From positions 1 to 14,173 of the forward strand of contig JBMSQQ010000086.1 of assembly GCA_049423385.1 (NCBI GenBank): 14,173 nt of DNA, written 5' to 3'. A program made the position numbers and the translations under genes. Numbering within the stretch: position 1 is the first letter of the stretch; each line of letters starts with the position of its first letter. Shown in pieces: positions 7,833 through 14,173 of this stretch. Under the pieces are notes generated by a model. It was not told the DNA's origin, searched no databases, and saw only the letters and a program-made list of their open reading frames with translations. Origin of the DNA: Silvanigrellaceae bacterium (GTDB taxonomy: Bacteria > Bdellovibrionota_B > Oligoflexia > Silvanigrellales > Silvanigrellaceae).

Positions 7833-8240
7833 ATGCTGGAACAGACGAAAAACAAAGGCCGTTGGTGCAAGCTGGCCGAGGCTTCCCAGTTGCTCGGAGT
7901 TTCCGAAATCACGGTTCGCCGCAAGGCCCGATCGGGCCAGCTCAAGGCCATTCTCCGCAACGGTCGCTATATGGTTTTTCTTGAGGAAGATGCTGAATTG
8001 GGCATGTTCACGGCCGGCATCGACTCCACCGTTGCTCCGCTCAACGTGGCTCAACCGACGCCGACTTTAGGCAGCGGCAGTCGCAGGACAAGCCGCACCG
8101 AACAGAATTCGGGTCAGGACGAGGTCATCCAGTCCCTGAAACGAACGATCGAGGATCAGCAGACCCTGATTTCATCACTTGAGGCTTCAATCTCCCGTCT
8201 GAGTCAGAAACTGGCTGCCGAACGAAATTCCAATAGATGA
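7833..8240 (+). CDS. MerR/excisionase-type helix-turn-helix protein with C-terminal coiled coil
   Basis: WCKLAEASQLLGVSEITVRRKARSGQLKA...GRYMV fits an HTH_17/MerR-like winged HTH. A disordered linker is followed by the heptad-like VIQSLKRTIEDQQTLISSLEASISRLSQKL. AAGGAG lies 7 nt before ATG 7833 but only 1 nt before ATG 7827. Confidence 0.8.
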   Translation: MLEQTKNKGRWCKLAEASQLLGVSEITVRRKARSGQLKAILRNGRYMVFLEEDAELGMFTAGIDSTVAPLNVAQPTPTLGSGSRRTSRTEQNSGQDEVIQSLKRTIEDQQTLISSLEASISRLSQKLAAERNSNR

Positions 8241-8706
8241 TTTGATAGGTCAGAAATCCAGCCAACAGCACCACTTGCCCCAGCAGCAGGAGATGCGCCT
8301 GGGGAACAAGTGTGGCGTCGAGCCCGAGAACATGTGGCTTGTCCCGCCAACTCCACAAAACAGCAGTGGAAACGAAAACCAATGGATGTGCGATAAACAG
8401 GACAGAGTGAAGCCACTGCTCGCCTGCGTCGCACAGTTTTGCGTGAACCCATTCGTCTTTGGTCACGAACAGGCATGACAAAAAGCCCGTCACGACAAAA
8501 ACAACAAAACTGAGGCTGCCCAAGGGATAAAAACAGCTGATGGAAGCAACCCCAAGCACTGTCAAGGTATCGAGCGGATGCCCAACGCATTCCCAACGGG
8601 GCAATCCGCGCTTGTGATGATAATGAAATTCATCGACCGCAAGTGCAAAGGCCTGCACGATCATCGGCACAGCAATCAAGAAAAGCACCAACACCGACGA
8701 CAACAT
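8125..8706 (-). CDS. Polytopic membrane protein with duplicated DE..H / E...H motif, coupled to the type III PKS
   Basis: About 5 hydrophobic segments. Motifs DEFHYHHKRGLPRWECVGHP and KDEWVHAKLCDAGEQWLH. Its start overlaps the PKS stop (TGATG, 8708-8704). Confidence 0.8.
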   Translation of the reverse strand: MLSSVLVLFLIAVPMIVQAFALAVDEFHYHHKRGLPRWECVGHPLDTLTVLGVASISCFYPLGSLSFVVFVVTGFLSCLFVTKDEWVHAKLCDAGEQWLHSVLFIAHPLVFVSTAVLWSWRDKPHVLGLDATLVPQAHLLLLGQVVLLAGFLTYQIIYWNFVRQPVSDSDGRLKPQVMKSGSADPRSFVSGTG

Positions 8707-9884
8707 CAGCCCGCATCCGCGACTTCAAACAGGCTGCCCGCGATCGTCAGGCCCGGCCCAAAAGCCATACTCAGGATTCGTGTTCCAACTGGATATTTTT
8801 CCTGGTTGGAAAGCACTTCGCTCCACACGTGAGGCAGAGTCGCAGATGACATGTTTCCATATTTGCGCAGAATCAATCGACTCGCTTCGATTTTGTCATC
8901 CGGAGCTTCAAGCAATTCCTGCAGATGATCGATGATTTTTGGACCACCCGGATGAATGGCGTAAACAAGCCCCGGCAAGACGTCCTGAACAGACATTCCT
9001 GCCTCGTTTGCCAAACGCTCGATGAAACCGCGAACGGAGGACGAAATCAAAGCAGGTACGTCACGTGACAAGGTCATAGCCATTCCCCAAGGCAGCGGCA
9101 GCCAGGTCATCGCATGCGCTGTTTGTGGAATCTGCTCTTCGTTCATTGCGAGGATTCTGAGCGACCTTGCCTTTGGAGCAGGCGTGGTTCCAACCCGATA
9201 ACGAATGAATCCATCGGCAAACAGGCTCTGCACAACCAACTGTTCCGGTGAATGCATCAACGGATTGAAATGCAGCGTACACAACTCTGAATGCACGACA
9301 TCCACACCGGCATTTTCACTCGAACGAATTGCGTCGCCTTGCTGCAATGCCAGGGCCGCAGCCATGCGCGTTGAGGGCAGGGCAGCATAGCAGCCCATGT
9401 GATAAGCGTGGAAAACCCGTGTCGATGCCGCCGCATCGCGCTCGACCGCAAAACGCTGCAGGGGGCTTGGGCTCAGGTATCCGGTACAACTCACGTGAAT
9501 CAAATCTTTCTTGAGCTTCTCGCCTGGTGTGTAAAGCTCCTCGCATTTTTCCCGCACCAGCTTGTCGTAGGCTCGCTGCCGGGACTCCATGTCCTGCCCA
9601 CCAGGACTCTTGTTCAAATTGAAAACAGACATTTTATCCCAATCCAGATGGGAAAAATCGTCGAGCTCATGTCCTCGTTGCGCAATCTTTTCTGGCGAAC
9701 AGCCAAATCTGCCAATCAATTTTTCAAAAAACTCGACGCTCATGTCGCTGCGTCCACTGGGATTTCCAGCCATCCGCTCGGCGTGTGCATGTGCCTCGGC
9801 CAACCAACGGATTGCTTCTTCCTGCGACTTCTCAAAGCGCGGACGCACAACTCTAAATTCATTCACATAAATTGGGGTACGCAT
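8706..9884 (-). CDS. Type III polyketide synthase (chalcone/stilbene synthase family)
   Basis: Catalytic triad motifs MGCYAA (Cys), IHPGG (His) and YGNMSSAT (Asn), plus VSCTG, ELCTLH, LFADG and AFGPGLT. ATG 9884 has GGAG upstream; an alternative TTG start at 9917 overlaps the GT9 stop. Confidence 0.93.
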   Translation of the reverse strand: MRTPIYVNEFRVVRPRFEKSQEEAIRWLAEAHAHAERMAGNPSGRSDMSVEFFEKLIGRFGCSPEKIAQRGHELDDFSHLDWDKMSVFNLNKSPGGQDMESRQRAYDKLVREKCEELYTPGEKLKKDLIHVSCTGYLSPSPLQRFAVERDAAASTRVFHAYHMGCYAALPSTRMAAALALQQGDAIRSSENAGVDVVHSELCTLHFNPLMHSPEQLVVQSLFADGFIRYRVGTTPAPKARSLRILAMNEEQIPQTAHAMTWLPLPWGMAMTLSRDVPALISSSVRGFIERLANEAGMSVQDVLPGLVYAIHPGGPKIIDHLQELLEAPDDKIEASRLILRKYGNMSSATLPHVWSEVLSNQEKYPVGTRILSMAFGPGLTIAGSLFEVADAG

Positions 9885-9913
9885 CCTTGAGACTCCAAAT
9901 CTGGGACGATCCT

Positions 9914-10984
9914 TCAACCGTTGGTCCGGAAGGACTCTACCACGCGAGTCGCCACCGCGTCAGGTGGCAAATCCGCCAAACAACTGTGATGCCCCAGTGG
10001 ACAAGTGCGATGGCCATGCTTTGAACATGGCTGGCACTCGAGCGAGCGGCCAACAATCGAAGGATAATCCAGAATTTCGCTGTTGGCCGACAACGGACCC
10101 AAGCCGGTGGAGTGGGGCGTTGGCCCAAAAAATGCAAATGTTCGTGTGTTTGTCGCACTGCCAATGTGAAGTGGGGCGGAATCGGGCGTGAGCACAAAGG
10201 AGGCCCTGCGGATCAACTCGATCAACTCTGGCAATGGCAAACAGTGGCGAGCATCAATAATCCGGGAAGCAACTTCCGGAAATTTTTTATCAACACGCAT
10301 GCATGAGAAAACCTTGTCGATAGCATGCGCATCGCCAGGTCCTCCGGAAATCACGCAACGCAAGCCTGGCCGTTGTTCCAAAATTCGAACGATGGCCTGC
10401 GCCAGAAGATCTGCCGGATATCTTTTTGTTTCCCAGACACTTCCAGGTGCGCAAACAAAAAAATCAACGCTAGAAGAATCGAAAAAATCCGGAAAAGCGG
10501 AAGAAAATTTTGAAAGTGAAGTGTCTCCCATGATTCTCAACTCTGAATCCAGGAATGACCGTTCGCTGACAACAGTCCTTGCGAGCTCAAGGTAACGCTC
10601 AGACTCATGCCGACAATCCTCTGTCGAGAAACGCTGAAAGAAGCGTGCTGCAATGGAACCGTCCGCAAAGGTCAGAACCTTTTTGTGCCCGCTCAAAAGT
10701 GCAAGCAGTCCGCTTGTGAAAGAACGATGAGCCAACACGAGAACATCCGTTTTCTGCTCGCGTATTTGTCCGGCAATTCTTCCAATGGCGCTTATTTTAT
10801 CAACACCCCTGCCTTTGCTCACAACAATCCGGCTCTGGATGCGCGAATCGAATTTGTACAACGCACATCCGGCAGAATTGGAGAACAAGACAATTTCATG
10901 TCCATCCCGATGCAGGGCATCAATCAGGCGCCCCATCAACACCAAATCACCAACAAAGGCGGTATTGAAAACGCCAACTTTCAA
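9914..10984 (-). CDS. Glycosyltransferase family 9 (ADP-heptose:LPS heptosyltransferase-like)
   Basis: FVGDLVL, APGSVWETKRYP, DSAPLHIGSA, FFGPT and C-terminal CQPC..C...C. The TTG start overlaps the upstream TGA (TTGA, 10984-10981), with GGAG about 8 nt upstream. Confidence 0.9.
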   Translation of the reverse strand: MKVGVFNTAFVGDLVLMGRLIDALHRDGHEIVLFSNSAGCALYKFDSRIQSRIVVSKGRGVDKISAIGRIAGQIREQKTDVLVLAHRSFTSGLLALLSGHKKVLTFADGSIAARFFQRFSTEDCRHESERYLELARTVVSERSFLDSELRIMGDTSLSKFSSAFPDFFDSSSVDFFVCAPGSVWETKRYPADLLAQAIVRILEQRPGLRCVISGGPGDAHAIDKVFSCMRVDKKFPEVASRIIDARHCLPLPELIELIRRASFVLTPDSAPLHIGSATNTRTFAFFGPTPHSTGLGPLSANSEILDYPSIVGRSLECQPCSKHGHRTCPLGHHSCLADLPPDAVATRVVESFRTNG

Positions 10985-11508
10985 AGGACTTTCTCCATCA
11001 CCAGCGCATCTTCCCCGGTGCGGTAATACGACTTGCGGACTGAAATTTTTTTGTATCCGGTCTTCAGATATAAATGCAATGCATCCTTGTTTCCGGACGC
11101 AACCTCAAGCATCACTCTCAACACTCCGCGTCCACGCAGTTCGCTTTCGAACCGTCTCAACAATTGCCCGCCCAATCCCTTTCCGCGTTGCCGATGCTCG
11201 ACAACCACGAAATCAAGATCTGCCGTCTCGAAAAGAGATCTCGCCTGCAAAAATCCAGTCACATGTCTTTGATCATCCAGAACCACAAAAAGCATCTTTT
11301 CTTCGTTTTGATCAAGACCAGAGGTGACAAAGAATTCCTCAATAAATTCCTTGAGCGAAATTTCGCCGGGTCCGTATTCACTCTGTTGTGCGAGTCGCAG
11401 CAGAGCCCCAATCAAAAAATGCTTGCTGAATTCAGTTGAATTGCAGGCTGACTTTGTTCTGAGAGTGACAAATGACCACATGGACTCCGAGTCGTTTTGC
11501 GAAGTCAT
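10981..11508 (-). CDS. rimI: GNAT acetyltransferase, RimI-like (ribosomal protein S18 alanine N-acetyltransferase family)
   Basis: VEHRQRGKGLGGQLL (acetyl-CoA motif A), LEVASGNKDALHLY..GY and RKSYY..GEDALVM. Start placed at ATG 11508 (ATGA overlap with the upstream stop) rather than 11634. Confidence 0.8.
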   Translation of the reverse strand: MTSQNDSESMWSFVTLRTKSACNSTEFSKHFLIGALLRLAQQSEYGPGEISLKEFIEEFFVTSGLDQNEEKMLFVVLDDQRHVTGFLQARSLFETADLDFVVVEHRQRGKGLGGQLLRRFESELRGRGVLRVMLEVASGNKDALHLYLKTGYKKISVRKSYYRTGEDALVMEKVL

Positions 11509-12167
11509 CTGTTCGTCGGCCCCATAATACTGGACTTGTGCCAATACCAACCCGCGGCAAACAGGTTTCTGTTCTTGTCCAGTGCTCCGCGAACCCGGAT
11601 GAAAGATCTGATTCTCATCACGCTCTCTATCCACCTTTTCTTCGTCTGCGGACTGGCTTTTTGCACCTGGCCAACCAAGACTTCGGGAATGGTGCCGAAC
11701 GCTTCCTTGCCGACCTCATTCAACTTCTTCACATTTAGAGCAACATCCTGTTCGCGCGCAACAAAAAGGTTCAACTTTTGCACGTCCATCCATATCAAAG
11801 CACATTGAAAAAAGAGCCGCAGATCATCTGGCCAGGCCTGCATTGAGGTCAGCAGATCCCCACTTCCTGCTCCGCCCACCGGCAGCTCATTCAACCAATC
11901 CGTGGTCAGTGCCGCTGGTTTCTCATCCGATGTTCTCGTCACGTTCCACGCAACCAGAATTCCGACAGCGTCTGCGGCGGTATAAATCTCTCTCCCGGCG
12001 GTGAGCACCGCGCGATTGACAACGAATCCGGTTTGAGGCGGCTGTGCAGCTGCACCCGCTGTTATAAAGGCGAGATGCAGAAAAAGTATCGCACGAGTCG
12101 CGCGACCCAAAAGATTTACGCCGGGGTTTGTATAACCGGGTCGATGATTCACGCGCACCGCCATCAT
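11505..12167 (-). CDS. Secreted hypothetical protein, weak resemblance to SurA N-terminal chaperone domain
   Basis: Signal-like RAILFLHLAFITAGAAAQ. VVNRAVLTAGREIYTAADA recalls the SurA-N 'DRIVAxVNxxxIT' pattern. The remainder looks helical. ATGA overlaps at both ends. Confidence 0.65.
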   Translation of the reverse strand: MMAVRVNHRPGYTNPGVNLLGRATRAILFLHLAFITAGAAAQPPQTGFVVNRAVLTAGREIYTAADAVGILVAWNVTRTSDEKPAALTTDWLNELPVGGAGSGDLLTSMQAWPDDLRLFFQCALIWMDVQKLNLFVAREQDVALNVKKLNEVGKEAFGTIPEVLVGQVQKASPQTKKRWIESVMRIRSFIRVRGALDKNRNLFAAGWYWHKSSIMGPTNR

Positions 12168-12820
12168 TTTGCCAATCGTCCCCACACCAAGGAAACACCA
12201 AAAACATTACCACGGGTTCTTGAATTGCGTGCACTCTGCATGAAGCGATATTCAAAACTTGCCATCAGTTCGTCGGTCATCGGAGCCACAAGGTACGCCC
12301 CTGCATACGCGATGGGTTCTGAGGCTTCGAATCTGAGAGTTGGAATCAAATTCAGGTTCAAACTCATTCTCTGCCATCGGGACGTCATGCCCAAACCAAA
12401 AAATCCCATGGGCCTGATCATTTGAAAGATTGCGTGATTCAAAAGGTCAGTGGAGACAAGCGGATGAACAAGGTCACTGCCAAGAAATGACCACATGTAT
12501 TCTCCCTCTCTCGCCCCGGTCTGACCAAAGAACAAAGAAATTCGACCCATCCAGTCGTCACGCAAATTTTGTCCAAGCTGCAACCCATAGGCAGAGTCAA
12601 CAGTGCGCTCGGGCGTTGTAACAATCTGCGCACCAGGCAACAGCCGAATGGCTGTAAACGCCAGTGAATTCGATCTGACAAAATCCTGTTCCCAAGTGAT
12701 GGGCCGAAAAGACTGACCTTCTTTCAAATTCGCTGTGGCGGTCCTGGAAACAAAAACCATCAGGACAATGAACGGCACCAAGAAGACAAAAGTGAAATTC
12801 ACCTTCATTCTCTTTTGCAT
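12164..12820 (-). CDS. Putative outer-membrane beta-barrel protein
   Basis: Signal peptide followed by amphipathic Gly/aromatic strands (YGLQLGQ, PMGFFGLGM, AYAGAYL, ASFEYRF, FGVSLVW). RBS GGGAG about 7 nt before ATG 12820. Confidence 0.7.
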   Translation of the reverse strand: MQKRMKVNFTFVFLVPFIVLMVFVSRTATANLKEGQSFRPITWEQDFVRSNSLAFTAIRLLPGAQIVTTPERTVDSAYGLQLGQNLRDDWMGRISLFFGQTGAREGEYMWSFLGSDLVHPLVSTDLLNHAIFQMIRPMGFFGLGMTSRWQRMSLNLNLIPTLRFEASEPIAYAGAYLVAPMTDELMASFEYRFMQSARNSRTRGNVFGVSLVWGRLAK

Positions 12821-12843
12821 TCAAGTCTCCCACGGTATAGCTT
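12815..12843 (+). promoter_or_regulatory. Possible sigma70-type promoter for rnhA
   Basis: TTGCAT (12815-12820), 17-nt spacer, TAGCTT (12838-12843). It overlaps the start codon of the divergent OMP gene. Confidence 0.3.
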
Positions 12844-12864
12844 CGGGACCACATTAGAGGTCAC

Positions 12865-13344
12865 ATGATGAGTGTAGTTCATCTTTACACGGATGGCGCT
12901 TGTTCCGGAAATCCTGGTCCCGGTGGGTGGGCCTGTGTGCTTGTTGCAGGAAACCAGGCAAGACTCATGTCCGGGTTCGACCCCGCGACAACAAACAATC
13001 GTATGGAATTGATGGGTGTCATCAGTGGACTTGAGGCACTCAAGCGTCCCACCCAAGTCCATGTGGTCACCGACAGCACCTACGTCAAAAATGCCTTTAC
13101 AGAAGGCTGGCTGGAAGGCTGGCAGCGCAATGGTTGGCGCACTGCCTCCAAGGAGCCGGTCAAAAATCAGGACCTTTGGCTCCGACTGTGCCATTTGCAG
13201 CGCATGCACTCGCTGACATGGGAGTGGGTCAAGGGACACGCGGGCCATCCCATGAACGAACTGTGCGACAAACTCGCACGCGAGGCCATCATGGCCAAAA
13301 CCGGATGTGACCAGCGCAAGGCCACGGAAGACCTTTCAAAGTAG
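12865..13344 (+). CDS. rnhA: Ribonuclease HI
   Basis: YTDGACSGNPGPGGW, TTNNRMEL, TDSTYV, W..NGWRTASKEPVKNQDLW and WVKGHAGHPMNELCD. RBS GAGG; the start is 12865 or 12868. Confidence 0.97.
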   Translation: MMSVVHLYTDGACSGNPGPGGWACVLVAGNQARLMSGFDPATTNNRMELMGVISGLEALKRPTQVHVVTDSTYVKNAFTEGWLEGWQRNGWRTASKEPVKNQDLWLRLCHLQRMHSLTWEWVKGHAGHPMNELCDKLAREAIMAKTGCDQRKATEDLSK

Positions 13345-13953
13345 CAATCCCAGGTTGATCTGCACACGCACATCAAGCGAGTCACCGCTCTGAAGCCAGC
13401 GCTTGCTGAGGGTTGTGTCGTCTGTCCAAAGCACCTGTGGAATAGTGGTGCGCAAACCGTAAGCCGCGCTACCCGTCAGCCGTTCACTCAATCGCACTCG
13501 CCAGCCCAGATCCCCTGCCATCTTCACGACCGCGAGGTTGGTTCTTCCGCTGGCTGATTTTGCTTGAGCCTCCTCACTGACGCCTGAGACTGCCAAATTG
13601 GATTCAGCGCGGAGAAATGGTCCCTGGAGAGTTACTGATTGCGGATAATATTGAAGGCTGATTCCCGCCGCGAAATTCTGCTCGCGATAACGCCCTTTCT
13701 GGCGAGTTTCCTGAAATTCTCCATTCCAGGCAAAGGAAACACCTTCGAACAGGAAACTTTCCTGAGCCAAACGGTATCGACCCCACATCAAATCGGCTGG
13801 ATTGATCTCAACAAGAGAATAGATTCCATCTTGAGCCGCCTGCCGATCCACCAAACGTTGGGCACGGGCATGCCACCAGGGCCCTGCCAAAGCCAACATC
13901 AAACAAAAAGAAAGCAGAACGCGAAGATTCCGGAGTTTCACGCGGCACCCCAT
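13336..13953 (-). CDS. Putative outer-membrane beta-barrel protein (DUF3575-like)
   Basis: Signal peptide ending ARA-Q, then EINP start motif, GISLQYYP...LQGPF, GDLGWRV, GSAAYG and terminal strand VRVQINLGLLL. GTG 13941 is an alternative start. Confidence 0.7.
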   Translation of the reverse strand: MGCRVKLRNLRVLLSFCLMLALAGPWWHARAQRLVDRQAAQDGIYSLVEINPADLMWGRYRLAQESFLFEGVSFAWNGEFQETRQKGRYREQNFAAGISLQYYPQSVTLQGPFLRAESNLAVSGVSEEAQAKSASGRTNLAVVKMAGDLGWRVRLSERLTGSAAYGLRTTIPQVLWTDDTTLSKRWLQSGDSLDVRVQINLGLLL

Positions 13954-13988
13954 CGAGAGTCATGTCTGCTGCAATTGTAATTGGCGAT

Positions 13989-14173
13989 TTAGAATTTGGG
14001 ATCGAGAACTGTCACAGTTTGAACATCACCCGGACGGATGCGAACAACGTCGGCCCACAGCAGAGCACCTTCGCGGCTTTCAATTATCAAGGAATACTGT
14101 CCCGGCGAAGCGCCACAGACAGCTCTCAAATAACGGGTCGTCTTGACGTCCCTGGCCGCCCGCAGCGTCACCA
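13989..14173 (-). CDS. C-terminal fragment of a hypothetical protein (5' part outside the window)
   Basis: The frame is open from the window edge to TAA at 13991-13989. PGQYSLII...VRIRPGDVQTV resembles the end of a beta-sandwich (carboxypeptidase-regulatory/PEGA-like). It is co-oriented with the next gene, 35 nt away. Confidence 0.6.
   Translation of the reverse strand, partial: VTLRAARDVKTTRYLRAVCGASPGQYSLIIESREGALLWADVVRIRPGDVQTVTVLDPKF

Noticed and set aside
7833..8240. HTH gene as a prophage or ICE excisionase
   Set aside because: No integrase, tRNA, att-like repeat or other mobile gene is nearby.
11509..11634. Extended N-terminus of the RimI-like ORF
   Set aside because: It would overlap the upstream gene by 130 nt; ATG 11508 gives a standard ATGA coupling.
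1..14173. Complete diversity-generating retroelement
   Set aside because: No reverse transcriptase, Avd or template repeat is visible; only candidate target domains are present.

Overview
Bacterial genomic window of roughly mid GC content. The gene repertoire resembles Bdellovibrionota/Oligoflexia (inference only). Left part, minus strand: two tandem paralogous surface lipoproteins that both carry an FGE-sulfatase/C-type-lectin-fold (CLec) domain. One is 1367 aa with a (TPTA)n linker and three pairs of alternating Cys-containing Ig-like modules. The other is a short-stalk paralog that runs off the left edge and is absent from the ORF track. Upstream lies the hybrid malic enzyme maeB, with two sigma70-like promoters and a divergent HTH/coiled-coil gene. 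The middle-right part is a tightly coupled six-gene minus-strand run: beta-barrel OMP, secreted hypothetical, RimI-like GNAT, GT9 heptosyltransferase-like enzyme, type III polyketide synthase, and a small membrane protein with a duplicated DE..H/E...H metal-ligand-like motif. Then come rnhA (+), a second beta-barrel OMP (-) and a partial gene at the right edge. No RNA genes, CRISPR arrays, transposases or reverse transcriptase were seen. The best candidates for undescribed biology are the type III PKS plus His/Glu membrane protein module inside an envelope operon, and the long/short CLec adhesin pair.
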